Shown: positions 41,646-56,888 of the stretch, in pieces
How positions within the stretch are numbered: the stretch's first letter is position 1
Layout: the number at the start of each line of letters is the position of its first letter
Assembly (NCBI GenBank): GCA_951406725.2
Contig: OX597826.1
Location: 15,376,001 to 15,440,000 of the forward strand
Direction: 5' to 3'
From: Octopus vulgaris
Taxonomy: Eukaryota
DNA length: 64,000 nucleotides
Notes under the pieces: model-generated
Told to the model about the DNA's origin: nothing
Seen by the model: only the letters and a program-made list of their open reading frames with translations
Database searches by the model: none
Translations under genes and position numbers: made by a program

Positions 41646-41924
41646 TTTCTTATCCCTTACGTCTCATTTCATGTTTATGAGCGTTTCTACATTCCATGTT
41701 CACTCTCTTCGGTTTTCCTCTTCCTCCTCCTCTTCTATCCATTTTTGAATTATATGTATATATACTAGAGTGTTACTAGTCATATGCTGGGGAGCTTTGG
41801 AAGTATATTTTTGCCACAGTGGATAATTAGATAAAAAATAAAAAATAATGATTATACGGAAGTCACATTTTCTGATATTATCCATGTGGGCAAAGCGTTT
41901 TAATATTATTTTAGCAATAAAGTC

Positions 41925-42125
41925 AGTGAGCTGTCAGTATCATTAGCACGCCGGTCTAGATGCATAGCGGTAGTTCGTCTGTCTTTACCTTCTGCGTTCA
42001 AATTCTGCTGAGCTCAATTTACCTTTCATCTTGGCGGGATTGATAAAATAAGTACCAGTTGAGTAATGAATCGACTTTCCTCCTCTCCCAAAATTGCTGG
42101 CCTTGTACCAAAATTTGAAACTAAT
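41925..42125 (+). mobile_element. SINE family A copy
   Basis: Homologous to 17521-17700, with tail AAATTGCTGGCCTTGTACCAAAATTTGAAA. Confidence 0.75.
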
Positions 42126-42254
42126 ATTATTGTAGCAGTAGTAATGATATATTCTTTTGGAGTAGCTTCTGGAAGTTCTTAATCCTAGTGATTGGCGAAA
42201 AACGATACAGAAAAAATTATTTGCAAATTTTTATTACAATAAATATTGCTATTG

Positions 42255-42463
42255 GTTTCGAATTTCGGCACATAGCAGACAGGTTTGAGGGAGAAGATAA
42301 GTCGATTATATCGACCCCAGTGCTCAAGTAGTACTTATTCTATCGACCCCGAAAGGATGAACATCGATAATGGTAGAATTTGAACTCACCACGTAAAGAT
42401 GGCCGAAGTGCTGCCAAGCATCTGACACTGGCACGCTGACGATTCTCCAGTTTCGTTGCCTTC
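42255..42463 (-). mobile_element. SINE family A copy (inverted relative to its neighbour)
   Basis: TCGACCCCGAAAGGATGAA and GAATTTGAACTC are reverse complements of family A motifs. Confidence 0.75.
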
Positions 42464-43774
42464 ACAATGAATGTTTATATTGCATAGCCTTTTCAGCTTT
42501 CGTCTCCTACTCTACCGTCCGTTTCCACTCTTCCTCCTCCTACTCCTTTTCCTCCTGATTTTTTTTCCTGTTGCACTCTTTCAGTAATTGTCTGCCACAA
42601 AGCACAGAATGTACACTCATTCTGAACTACTTACGTTACTTCTCTCTACATCTCTGTTTCAACCTATCTCTTTCCCCTCAGTGTCAGATATAAAGCATAA
42701 TTGCAATATTCCGTCAACGAGTTGACCAGCATTGATATTGCCTATTATTGTATACTAATACATTAACATAGATACAGGCACATATGTGTGGAAGGCAGAT
42801 GTGTGTGAGTATATATAGGCATGCATATAAATGCATATACGTATAGGCATACTCATACATGCACATATATTTATATAGCCATCAGTAATTTTCAACCTCC
42901 TTGCCACGCTTTTCGTTTCAATTTCTTAAATATTCAACTGACAATATGTTTAACACGCCAGTGATTGAGTCATTTAAGCAAGAAGGGCAATAGTGAAAGG
43001 ATTTAAAGTGTTTCTACTTTATACACGTCGAAATTGTTTTTACGCTATTCCCCAAAGCTGAGGGATGTTCCCAAAAGACATCACTTTTGTTTACATTTGT
43101 CATTTCAATTTCCATACACTCATACATACATACACACAAACATACATACATACATATACGCACACACATATACATATAAATACATGAAAATAACCTAATA
43201 TAAGTAACTGAGAGTGGTTAGTGGAATGTGTATAATTCTCGAAGGAAAATAACTGTTTATTAAATAACACGTAATATAATTTCTTGATTTATTGGTAATA
43301 ACTCCACTTCCAGAAAATGTAGGAAAATCTCTTTATGGCAATAGACATTGACTCCGATTTAGAGTCCGAGATAATTGCAAGAATAAAGAATACTTTCAAC
43401 TCTGCGTACCATTAAGGAAAAGGGAATCGGATTGTCTGGAGAATGAAAAAAATACAACGTTTGTTCTGAACGTGCTAAAACACCAACAAACACAGTTAGT
43501 CATTTATGCATAAATACGCGTGTGAGTATGTGTGTGTGTGTGCATGTGTATGTGCGTTTGTGTGCGTACATGTATGTATAATATTTGTGTACGTTTGAAG
43601 TAGAGGTGTAGCGAATAAGACAGACGTAGTAGCACTTGCACTCGTGCACAAGTAAGATGCAAAATATTCATATGCCTGTTAAGTTGAGGCACCAAAATGA
43701 TCGTCGTCCTTGAACGAAGAACACTTATTACGCTGCACACACACAAAAAAAACAAACACACGCAAATATATATA

Positions 43775-44181
43775 CTCTCTCTCTTTTACTTGTTTCAGTC
43801 ATTTGACTGCGGCCATGCTGGAGCACCGCCTTTAATCGAGCAACTCGACCCTGGGACTTATTTTGTAAGCCCAGTACTTCTTCTATCGGTCTCTTTTTGC
43901 CGAACCGCTAAGTAACGGGGACATAAACACACCAGCATCAGTTGTCAAGCAATGCTAGGGGAACAAACACAGACACACAAACATATACACACACACTTAT
44001 ATATATATACATATATACGACAGGCTTCTTTCAGTTTCCGTCTACCAAATCCACTCACAAGGCATTTGTCGGCCCGGGGCTATAACAGAAGACACTTGTC
44101 CAAGATGCCACGCAGTGGGACTGAACCCGGAACCATGTGGTTGGTAAGCAAGCTACTTACCACACAGCGACTCCTGCGCCT
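43775..44181 (-). mobile_element. SINE family B, full length
   Basis: Reverse complement of the 27939-28375 family. Confidence 0.88.
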
Positions 44182-44625
44182 ACATATACATACATACTTA
44201 TACATGTCCTATACTTTATTATTTGGCTTTATATATGTATGTTTGTATGTATCTATGTACGTATGTATGTATATAGGGACAGCAGAAAACAGGTGTCTCC
44301 ACGAATAGGATTCCTTCTTTCCATGTAAGCAAATTAAGAAAGCAATAAATTGCCATTTGCTATTTTTGTATGTGTTTAACTGCCCCATCTGACTTGGAGG
44401 AGGACCAGTACTTACTCGAAGGCGTTAAAATAGACAAAATCACTTGTCCACAGATGTCTGCTTGTCGCTAGAAGGCCAAACGCTATTCACCTTAATGACA
44501 CGTCCATTCTAAAACATTTCTGATTCTTAAAATTACATCTCCCATTGAACTTGGCACTAATAACTATATTGCGAATATTTTGCCTTTATGTCTAATACTT
44601 TATTATTTAGCTTTATGGATGTATG

Positions 44626-44659
<34 letters not shown>

Positions 44660-44782
44660 TGTATGTATGTATGTATGTATGTATGTATGTATGTATGTAT
44701 GTATGTATGTGTCTATGTACGTATATATATATGTATGTATGTATGTATGTATCTATCTATCTATCTATATATCAATCTCTCT

Positions 44783-44858
<76 letters not shown>

Positions 44859-45044
44859 CGCTGTTTTTCCTCTCTGTGTACGTGAATTTTTGAGTATATA
44901 TTGTCTGGGAGTTGTTTCTTACAGTAAAAGAAATAGCTAGGTTTTTGGCTACTATTTCTACAATTCCGTGTGTTGTGAAGGAAATTTTTTGTCTAACCCT
45001 AATTATAATTACACTCATAGTTATAATATATATATATATGTACA

Positions 45045-45335
45045 AACAATTGCAGCGTAGAAGTTGTTTATAAGCCATTTAGAAACACACAAAATCCGTT
45101 AGATTCACTTCAACATTTAAATTCAATTTGTCAAAATATTTTCCTTGTTTGAGACTGACAAAACTCCGTGTTAATGAACAGGTCACGGTCTCAAATTGAA
45201 TTTAAATGTTGAAGCAAATCTAATGGTTTTTGTGTGCTTCTAAAATGGCTTATAAATACCTTCCACGCTGCAATTGTTTTTGTTTCAACTTACGATGTCA
45301 GATCAAGTCACTTGCTATGCAATTACATCTCCGTA
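45045..45335. repeat. Decayed copy of the 63646-63975 fold-back family
   Basis: Shares GTTTATAAGCCATTT, TTCACTTCAACATTTAAATT, CTGACAAAACTCCGT, GAACAGGTC and the tail CAAGTCACT...ACATCTCCGT, with internal deletions. Confidence 0.8.
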
Positions 45336-45996
45336 ATATGTATATATGCATATATATATATATGTGTGTGTGTGTGTGCGTGTGTATAGTAATGTGTATT
45401 TGGCAACACAACGTGGCAATCCTACGAAGGACGGTGTTACTACTTTTGAAGAAAATATATTTTCCCACTGGCTACCGTCACATGATCTGTGTCTAAATAG
45501 CGTTAGCAAAGGAGCCTACTGCTCCCTTTCTAGCTTTAGTGATCTCCTCACTCTCAATATATAAGATATTTATAACGAATATTCTCCACCGTATATATGT
45601 ATCTTATGAATAGGTTCTAAGCATTCTCGAAAATTCAGTTTGGCATTGTATTTATTGCTAACTGTAAATGCGCCTGCGCGCGGTATTTTGGAAAATTATA
45701 ACATATAATGATGGGACACGTGTTATCTTGTCTCTGAATTATAAGTTAGTTATTGAGGCCGGTTACTGACGAGAGTTCGCCTGGTGGATAATATTGTCTT
45801 GCTATTAAAGGATGGCAAGTAATATTATTTGCTAAAGTAATTCGAAACCATGGTATAACCGTTAAATAAGAAGGTAAAAGTTTTTCTTTTTCATTTACTT
45901 CGTAATTTGCTATTAAATTGTGGTTTTGGCCGGGTTGCCTGCTATTTCTAGCATGTAAAAATTACCTGTTAAAGGGTAATTTTCTATTTTGAAATA

Positions 45997-46050
<54 letters not shown>

Positions 46051-47314
46051 AATACAAAAGGAAGGAAAATAACCAAGTCTAGTAAATTCTCACTAAATCG
46101 AGTATCACCAGCATTCGCTGTGACTCGCCGGCATTGAAAACCGATCTAAGATTTACAGGGTAACCACCAGGATTATATATCTTTGAAACCATTTTGGGAA
46201 ATTTATGTGTGCATATATGCGTGAGCGAGCGAAGATGTGTGTGTGTTTGAAGGTGATTTGCATTTTCAGAACAGATATTCTGTTGGTATATACAGGAATC
46301 CTGCAATGAAAAACAATGTAAAGGAAACGTCGAAGAAAAATTACCATCAAATGGAAGGAACTTGAGGAAAAGTGTGAATAAGTAGACTGCCAACTCCTGT
46401 TGAACGATTTTGCTTAAAAATTCCGAGGTGATTATTTACTTTGTTTATTTGTGACAAATAAATTACAGCTAACTCAAAGATCTCTTCAAATTAACATTAA
46501 TGTTTCAACCTCATAAATGTATTAATTTGTTCCTTCCTGTTGATATCTTCAAAAGGTTAGAATAAAATAAAATACTAGCTGTATATTAAGTTTAGAAACA
46601 TTGTCGCAGTGGCAGAATCAAACTCAAATTTTACATGTTAATTTGATATTTTTCTCAGATAAACTCATTAATTATAGTGTTCCTCAGACAGGAAGACTTA
46701 TGAGAAAAATATACACGAATTGCTGATAAATAGATTACTTTCTACTGTATTTTTGCGAGATTCATGGTTATTCGTCAAATTTGAGCGTCTACTTTATAAC
46801 GTATGACTGTAAATCCTCTCTCTCCACATAAACAAATTGCTTAGCCTGAAATGCTGAGATTCTCTTCTGCCATTGTCATGCCCAGTAGTCCAAACTTTAC
46901 ATCTACTAACGTTTATTCTGCTTTCTAATTGGTTTTCCTTATGCAATCGTTTCTAGTGTCCTGCTAAATCTTCTCTGGTAGACTGGCTCTCTTTTCCTAT
47001 ACATTAGATATCATTTTGCTGTGATATTTGACTTTAAGCTTTCATCTTTCTCATTTTAAATCCATGCAGATTTTTTGGTAACATTAGTGAACCAATGATA
47101 TAGACATATTTTTATTCACACCTCATTCCATTATTTTTATTGACACATCTCTAATACACTTGACAACAACAGGAATCTTATAATCTTAATTATATTCCCT
47201 TCCTTACTAATAGAATGTATAGGTATACACATATACACTCAAGAACACCCACACACGTATAAAGATAAAGAAAACCTCCTCCATATAACGTTAATTTGGA
47301 AAACATATTATATA

Positions 47315-47594
47315 CTCTCTTTTTACTCTCTTTTACTCCCTTTTACTTTTTTCAGTCATTTGACTGCGGCCACCTTTAATCGAGCAAATCGACCTCAGAA
47401 CTTATTCTTTGTAAGCCTAGTACTTATTCTATCGGTCTCTTTTGCCGAACCGCTAAGTTACGGGGACATAAACACACCAGCATCGGTTGTCAATCGATGT
47501 TGGGTGGCAAACACAGACACACAAACATATATATATACACACACACACACATACATACATACATACATACATACATACATACATACAAACATAC

Positions 47595-47654
<60 letters not shown>

Positions 47655-47826
47655 ATATATATACGACGGGCTTCTTTCAGTTTCCGTCTACCAAATCCAC
47701 TCACAAGGCATTGGTCGGCCCGAGGCTATAGTAGAAGACACTTGCCCAAGGTGCTATGCAGTGGGACTGAACCTGGAACCATGTGGTTTGTAAGCAAGCT
47801 ACTTACCACACAGCCACTCCTGCGCT
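47315..47826 (-). mobile_element. SINE family B, full length
   Basis: Highly similar to 43775-44181, with a repeated CTCTTTTA tail. Confidence 0.88.
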
Positions 47827-49181
47827 CTAATATGGAGAACGTTCTAATAAAATATTAAGAGAAATTTTACTGTAATGAATTACAAGTCGCAATTCACACC
47901 ATGTTATTGCTTGAGACATATATTTTAGCAAGACTCTGTAAATATAAAAGAAATTAAAAATATAGGAATCGAGTAGAAACTGCTTCATAACAAGCATTTA
48001 ACAATCGAAGAAAATTATAATTGTGAAACTTACGTTTAAAAAGGAGCAGTAGGAATGTGAAAAATTTAATCACCATCTTGAATTGGATTTTCAAGTTGTT
48101 TATAATCTTGTTTCTAGATAGAATAGCGTACACACGTGCTGGCATGCATTTCTATACCATCCACACTATAAGACAATGATGTGGCATTCGATCCATATCC
48201 CAGTTTCTTTCACTATTTATTCACTTCATCTCATTGATTTCTTCTTCTCTATATTTACTCAAGGACTTGTTCACCTGTTTACACATCACTTGTTGTTTAT
48301 CTCGCTAAAACAGCCATGTTTCTTCTTCAGCCGTAGATATTGTTTGCTTCCTTTGAGGAATTGAAAAATAAAAACATTTGACAAAAGGAACACAAATCCT
48401 AAAGCTAAATGAGCTCAGCTGAAGGGATAGTTAGGTATTGTCAAAGCTTATTTATAAGAAAATATTAGATGAATTGAAAACAAGCAAATGTTTAAAACTA
48501 CATAGAAAATAAACGTAAAAGGTTTATAGCTTTTCAATTTCAATGCTAAAGAAAAATTAACTGAATAAGAACAGAGCTTGCACTCACACTTCTATTATTG
48601 GCATCAAAATTCTACACGTGAGTCAGAAAATTTAAGGCATTAGAAAAGGAGCTGAAGACGTTCATACTGTTTCCGCTACAATAGTAAAATGGCACCAATA
48701 AAAGCATAACACTAGACAAATGAAATAGAACACGTAGTTATTGGTAGAAGTAACGATCCATTCTGAACCAGTGAACTGTTCAGCAAACAATTCCGAAAAC
48801 CACAAAACCGTGGTGAAAGAATTACACCGAGAAATATATGAAAGAAAGTACAGTTGTAAGCGTTAGTTTCAAATGTCTCTATGATAATAAGAGAAGTGAT
48901 TTAAATAGGCCAATTAGATTTACCTCCTAATGAACCACTTTGGTGACAGTACTTATTTAAGTCTATTAGCTCTAATTCGTTTGGCAACAAAATATCTTCC
49001 GCGTCCTTGACATGTATCGTACATTTATAGCCACATAACCATACTTTCTAACACAAATAGCAAATTCTTGCATTGCAAAATACCTACATCTATATAATAT
49101 AGAGCTTTAAATGCGTAGTTTTATAGAATGCATCACACACACACATATGCACACATGCATACATACACGTATATACACTGG

Positions 49182-49246
<65 letters not shown>

Positions 49247-49808
49247 AATTATGTGATTTTGAAATTAAGTACCAAACTCAGACATTCTCAAGAGAAAGGA
49301 TTTCATAGAAGAGTACAAAGAAAGGTGAATTTGAATACTGGAATATAAGATGATATAAAAGCATAATCCTTATAATAAAAAACCTATACGAGCAAATGTT
49401 ATGAAAATATATTTTACATGGAGTAAAATTAATTTCACTTTGGAAGACCTGCTCTGATGCATGCGTTATATATAGACTAGAAACTAGAAACTATGACGCA
49501 CAATATTGAATAATGGGATTAAATAAATGGTTACCTATGTCTCACAATGAGCACCAAAACAATGATAATTTTTCCGAAACTTTTGAGAAAGTGGGTTAGT
49601 CCATTACTCCATTGCCTCACTGATAATTGTTTTATTCAACTCGAAAGGAATGAATGCAAAATTCAACCTGGAAGATGTATTTTATTCGGCGTGCTAATAA
49701 TGCTTATACCAGCTCACCACAACAGCAACAAAACAACAGCAAGAACAACAACAACATAATCATATACATTTACATTAGAGGGATATTTGTCCTCATCTTT
49801 TTGTTGTT

Positions 49809-49854
49809 AACACAACGTTTCGGCTGATATACCCCCAAGCCTTCATCAGGTGTC
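49809..49854 (-). ncRNA. Type I hammerhead ribozyme, canonical core
   Basis: GACAC-CUGAUGA-A-GGCU-ugggggUAUAUC-AGCC-GAAACGUU^GUGUU. Adjacent to a long (ATT)n tract. Confidence 0.85.
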
Positions 49855-49904
49855 TTGGGGGAAATTTCGAACCTGGGTTCTCATTCCTAAGGTATTTTTT
49901 GATG

Positions 49905-50210
<306 letters not shown>

Positions 50211-50559
50211 TCATTGCCTGGAATCGAACTCGGAATCTTGGTTCTTAAAAGATGAAACGTGTTAAAAATGAAAAGGATAGCAAAATAATGTTAACGAAAA
50301 ATTTCTTCAAAAGCTTCCTTGGGTTACTCATTGTCTTGCCGCAAAGCCAGGGTCGCAATGACCACTAGGACAAGTGCCCTCTTTACATCGCCCTGCTACA
50401 ACCTACAACCGCATGCTTAGAATAGGTCCTGTCCACTCGGACCATTGTTGTAACATTTACTCACATTTAATCAAAATTACTGAAATGCAGAAATTCCTTC
50501 TTTAATATCACTCAATTTGTACCTAATTCATCGATCCAGAAAGTTGGGAAGCATCATAG

Positions 50560-50828
50560 CCTTGTGTTGAATTCTTTGTTCAACATCCTTTCACAACCCT
50601 TATTCAGGGACATTTTGAGCGGGATGGGTTACTCGACTAGAAGGAAATTCTAACTGGGTCCCACCTGCAAGATTATGCACTGTTTATCTTGATATGAGAT
50701 CATTATGTCGCGCACATATGGTTGTCATGCATGTGCCTAGTGTACCTTTATCAAACGAGCAGTCCTGATGGTTAGACTGGACTTCGTATATTTTAACACA
50801 GTATCACTTTGATGGCATGCACTGTTCT
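50560..50828. repeat. Interspersed repeat terminus abutting (AAT)n
   Basis: More GC-rich segment ending GGCATGCACTGTTCTCTCACTCAAT-(AAT)n. Recognised from memory as a common repeat end; family not established. Confidence 0.35.
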
Positions 50829-50862
50829 CTCACTCAATATTAATAATAATAATAATAATAAT

Positions 50863-50974
<112 letters not shown>

Positions 50975-50996
50975 GTGATGATGATAATGATGATAA

Positions 50997-51620
50997 TAAT
51001 AGATAATCTCGGAAGCATAATATAAAAGATAAAAAATGAAAAAAAACACCTGCTTACTTTTAGATATTGCTGTCTTTTCTGAGCAAGACATTGCCCCACA
51101 AAATAAGTGAAATTATTAAAGTAAAAAGACCTAGAAGTCGAAGTATACAAGATGTGGAGCATGGAAGTGAAAACAATACCAGTAAGCATTGAACCATTGG
51201 CTATGATAAAAATACCTATAAACAAAAACGTAGGGGGTATGCCTAGACCCTCAACACTACACGCTATACAAAAAATAGCCCTACTAGGGACAGCCGACAT
51301 CTAATGCAAGACTCTATCAATTCAATATCACAACTCAAATAGAACTATTCACAAATACAAGAGCCTCTCTATACAGTAAATATCAAATTAAACACACGAC
51401 GCCCACAACATATGCTCTACAAGATACCTAAGCGAAGAACTCAGCTCTCATTATACAAACAACACATAATAAAGACGCCAATAACACAAAGATGGCAATC
51501 ACCATTACAATTATAAACTGATGTAATACAATACCGGGAAGATCCTGCATTCCCCACCACCACCAACAACAACGAAAAGAACGAACAATGTAGCACTTCC
51601 AGCAACACTCGATAAGATGG
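50997..51620 (+). pseudogene. R4/Dong-type restriction-like endonuclease and 3' end
   Basis: TCLLLDIAVFSEQDI; KDLEVEVYKMWSMEVKTIPV; LHAIQKIALLGTADI. Confidence 0.75.
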
Positions 51621-51644
51621 CAAACTACAACGAGGACGACAACG

Positions 51645-51675
51645 ACGATGATGATAATGATGACGATGATGATGG

Positions 51676-51732
<57 letters not shown>

Positions 51733-51784
51733 CGATGATGATGATGATGATGACGACGATGATGATGATGATGATGATGATGAC

Positions 51785-51816
<32 letters not shown>

Positions 51817-51916
51817 CGATGATGATGATGATGACGACGACGATGATGATGACGACGACGACGACGATGATGATGATGATGATGATGATGATGGTGGTGA
51901 TGATGATGATGATGAC

Positions 51917-51957
<41 letters not shown>

Positions 51958-52086
51958 CGATGATGATGATGATGATGACGATGATGATGATGATGATGAC
52001 GATGATGATGATGATGATGATGGTGATCATGATGATGATGATGATGATGATGACGATGACGACGATGATGATGATGACGACGACGG

Positions 52087-52119
<33 letters not shown>

Positions 52120-52154
52120 CGACGACGACGATGATGATGACGATGATGATAATG

Positions 52155-52218
<64 letters not shown>

Positions 52219-52240
52219 CGATGATGATGATGATGATGAC

Positions 52241-52275
<35 letters not shown>

Positions 52276-52333
52276 CGATGATGACGATGATGACGATGAT
52301 GATGATGACGATGATGATGATGATGATGATGAT
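51645..52333. repeat. Very long (GAT/GAC)n microsatellite
   Basis: About 690 bp of trinucleotide repeat; the source of the poly-D, poly-M and poly-I ORFs. Confidence 0.97.
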
Positions 52334-53269
52334 GTTACTAATTATGTTTTCTTCGCCATTAGAAAATAGAGAGAAATATAAAACCAGAGCTTACAAAGAC
52401 GTTTGGGGTGATTACCAAAGAAGGCAATAAAAGCGTAAAGTATAATATAACTGAACAAATTAACAATGTATACAGAATACATTTTCACGGAAATTAATGA
52501 GAAAACGCACCATAAACCGCACAACAATTAAAACATGTGCTGATAAGTAAACCCTACTTCCTTGATAACACCCACGCATTGCTTCGTCGAATTACTCTTG
52601 ATGGTCGGAGATTCTGGAATATTCTATGTGTTCTCGTGTTGGGCACGTAGTCGGCCATGTTTTCAGCATCGTTAAAGTCTATATAAAATTTGAACAACCA
52701 TTCACGTTTTTATGGTGTTTAAAACGTGATCCCATTTCATGCTCGAGGGATACATTTTTTTATATATCTTGTGTATACTGTCTAAGTGTCTTTGTATTTT
52801 TTACATTTTCTTGAACGATTATTCTTGAAAATGTCTGTGAATTTCGTTTCCCTCAGGACAGAAATAAGTGATGTTTTTCTTTGCTGGAGATGTACGCCAT
52901 CTCTCTCATATTTTACCTTTGTTTTCCCTGCTGAGTTTTCCTACTTTCCTTCCTTCCTTCCTTCCTTCCTTTCTTCCTTCCTTCCTTCCTTCCTTCCTTC
53001 CTTCCTTCCTTCCATCCATCCATCCATCCATCAATCCATCCATCCATCCATTCATCCATCCATCCATCTTTCCTTCTTTCTTTCCTTCCTTTCTGCCTTC
53101 CTTCCTTCCTTCCTTCCTTTCATCCATCTATCCATCCTTTCTTCTTTCCTTCCTTCCTTTCATCCATCCATTCATCCATATTTCCTTCCTTCCTTTTGTT
53201 CCTTTCCAATCATCATCGTCATCATCATTATTATTTACATTTAATCTGCGTGTTAGTTACAATCACTAG

Positions 53270-54320
53270 TCGAGACACATCCAGCGTCCTAGGGCGAGTG
53301 AAGGATAAGAGATGTTACAGTATGACTGAAAGTTTGGGGAGGTTAAGTGGCAGGGGTAGTAGCGAAATATCTTAATGCAATACAACACAGACGATTAAAT
53401 TGATAGGATTTTTTTAAAGCTGTGGACAGTACTTGACAGCACAATCTTTTGGATTTCCCTTCCCATATTATCTAGACGTTTTTCACATCCCTTTCTTATC
53501 ATGCCTAAAACACCCACAATAACAGGCACAATTCTTGCTTTAAGATGCCACATTATTTGTATTTCAATTTCCAGGTCCTTATATTTACTTAATTCGTGAA
53601 ATTCCTTTACAGATACATTTTTATCAGTGAGAACACTTACGTCTAATAATCTACAAGTATTTTCTTCTCAGTGCTAAATGACAATGTCTGGTAGATTATC
53701 TGGATCATTCTGTCGGTGTTGAATGAAAATTCTCAGACGAGAGTGACATTTTTACATTCAACGACTAGCTCCGGGTGATGTTCATACCAGTAAGCATAAG
53801 TTTTGATTTTGTAGTGTTTACATATTTTCCAATGTAAATACCGCTCTACCCTATAGTGGTGACTTTTCTATTCGTTTGGCTTCAGGACAGGACATCCCGA
53901 GATGAGATGGCCTACTGTTTCGTCAAATGTGACGCAGTATCTGCATTTAAGGTCAGAACCGTTTTGAAGAACGTTAGCCTGGTACATTTTGGTTAGCAAA
54001 TGTGCGCCAATAGGAAACCTTCGGTCTCTGCTTTCAGTCCCGAGCATCTCAGTCACTGATGGTTTGTTGCTAGGTGTACGTCAGCATTTCTGCTTCGAAG
54101 CATATACTGTCCGCACAGAGGCTTCTGGCTCCAGCGATCCTTAATTTGCTTCTGCCCGTTCTTTTTTGCAGTCTGATTGATCCGTTTTTCTTGTTTGATG
54201 GCAGAGGTTTCGTTTTCTTGCAGAGTTTTCTTGAGAATTTGCAAGCTTCTTTGACAATAGAATGTGATTTTTTTCTCCTTTCGTGTTTGCACAGAAGTCA
54301 CAGCATCGAAATGTATGATA
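53270..54320 (-). pseudogene. R4/Dong-type LINE C-terminus (CCHC knuckle and endonuclease)
   Basis: WSQKPLCGQY; KCRYCVTFDETVGHLISGCPVL; PDIVI..TCRLLDVSV; KYKDLEIEIQIMWHLKARIVPVIVG. Confidence 0.85.
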
Positions 54321-54509
54321 TCATAATAAACCTTCTATTTTATATGAATTATCTGAAGCTGTTTTAATTTTTAGAAGAGCTAATAAGGCTGTTAACAACT
54401 CTTAAAGCGTTCAGCAACGAGATCGGGATGGATTTTGGATGACATTGTCATGGATATCGCGATAGATATAAAATATCCATTGCAATTGTATCTCGCTCTT
54501 TGTCTTGTC

Positions 54510-54563
<54 letters not shown>

Positions 54564-54568
54564 TGATG

Positions 54569-54630
<62 letters not shown>

Positions 54631-54635
54631 TAATA

Positions 54636-54688
<53 letters not shown>

Positions 54689-54699
54689 AATAATAATAA

Positions 54700-54955
54700 A
54701 GCAACTTTTGTAAGAAGTGTGCTCAAACAAACATCTTCCATTAATTAGATACCGACACTACGGTCAAAGATCTTGACCCACAAGAAAGCTATAAATACCT
54801 GGGAATAAACGAAGGAGATTTATACAAGATGCTACTGTGAAGGAAAAATAAGAAAGTTGTATTACAGCAGAGTAAAATTCATTAAAAAATGAACTCAACG
54901 CCAAAAATTGCATCGAAACCATTAACCCCCTGACACGTCCAATAGTCCCCTATAG
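54700..54955 (+). pseudogene. LINE RT fragment paralogous to 32665-32900
   Basis: LDTDTTVKDLDPQESYKYLGINEG. Both copies follow TTGTCTTG..TAATAAT. Confidence 0.7.
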
Positions 54956-54995
<40 letters not shown>

Positions 54996-54999
54996 GTTG

Positions 55000-55072
<73 letters not shown>

Positions 55073-56344
55073 CATCATCATCATCATCATCATCATCATT
55101 GTTATTATTATTATTTTGCCAAAGTTTGCTTCTCCCATCGACCTCGCTTCGGTTCCCATCTTGAAAACTGGATGGACTTGTTGTTGTTGCATGAAGTGAG
55201 TTTCCTAGTTGTTTCTCGTTGTTGTTGTGACTGATAGCCCATGTCTTTATCAGTTGTAGCTGTGAGGACATCCTTCTGAGTTTCATGTCGCAATCCTGGA
55301 TATGAGGATGGGGAAATTTTACTTACTGACTCATAAAGTATACCGGTCGTTTTTCCTAGAACCGACAATCTTCAAAAAACGCTTTTTATCGATTATTCTT
55401 TGGATTTTCCTTTGAAATCTTTCAGATAGAATTTTCTTCCGCATATGTAATTGCTAGGTTATCCCTATTAAAAACTGAGCTCCAACTTCTTTCTCCCATT
55501 ATTCACTAAAGAATTCAGTTCCGATACAGTTTCGTAGCCTCGCGTGGTCATGAAAACGTGTATGCCAATCTGACCTCATCGTCAAATGTTATATCTGTGA
55601 TAACCATTTGCATTTACTGTCTGCTCATATTGTACAACGATATTGACTGATAATCGATATTCAACATCAACCACCTATCCCTTTTTTGATGTTCCTTCTC
55701 TTCCGGTCCTGCGAAAGCAGGTAATGGGTAGGTTCTATTTAGGCTTACACTTTTGTCTCATCCTCCGTTTGAAAGACGTCGCATATAGGAGTCGTATGCC
55801 ATACCTTCCCCAAATGCATGATGATTCTCTTAACATATCCGCCGGAGCTGTTTCTAATTCTAGCTTGGTTTGAATCAGAAAACCTTTTGTGTGCTGAACA
55901 AAAAAAATAAATGTGGTATTTTTCTCTTCTAAGAACATTAGTGTTAAATTATGGAATGCTAACACCAGTCCTTTGAAAAAAAAAGATGTTTTTAGACTTT
56001 CAGTCTTTCAGCAAAATGATTCATATTAAGAGCCTTTTTCTTTGAAAACGGTCGTACTTTTGTTTAATCAACACCGGAGATATGGAATGCAAAGATGATA
56101 TCGGCATCAATATAGAAACTAAAGAAGCAAAACATATAACACAAGAGACGCTTTAATGATTCTGCTTACTCGTAACACAGACTTGCATCTTGGAGTTAGG
56201 GAAAATCGTTTTTAGAATATAAACAATAACAATTTTTATGAGTCATAAGATAATAATAAGTAAAATCTCACTCTTGAACTTGTTTCAACTCAGATCATTT
56301 GATCTTCTCTAGTAATATTGACCTTCAATAATAATTCTAAAACT

Positions 56345-56432
56345 GGTTTCACAAGTCAACAGTTTTAGGGGAAGGGGTTCATCGATTACATCGACCTTAG
56401 TACTTGATTGGTACTTTATTTCATTGACCCTC
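56345..56432 (-). mobile_element. SINE family A 3' fragment
   Basis: TCGATTACATCGACC...TTGGTACTTTATTTCATTGACCC. Confidence 0.55.
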
Positions 56433-56543
56433 TAAAAGAAGTAGTTATTTTAATTAACAAGGAAGGATGAAAAGTAAATCCACCTTGGTGGATGATGATG
56501 ATAATAATCATCCGCCATGATGATGATGATGATGATGATGATA

Positions 56544-56575
<32 letters not shown>

Positions 56576-56629
56576 GATGATGATGATGATAATAATAATA
56601 ATAATAATGATAATAATAATAATAATAAC

Positions 56630-56717
<88 letters not shown>

Positions 56718-56836
56718 TTAATAATAATAATGACAATAGCAGCAACCATGAAATTGGCATCTGTTATGTACAGGAATGTGAGAAGTATGTGTCTTTGTAC
56801 TTCTGTGTGAGTAACATGTGTGTGTATGCATGTATG

Positions 56837-56888
<52 letters not shown>

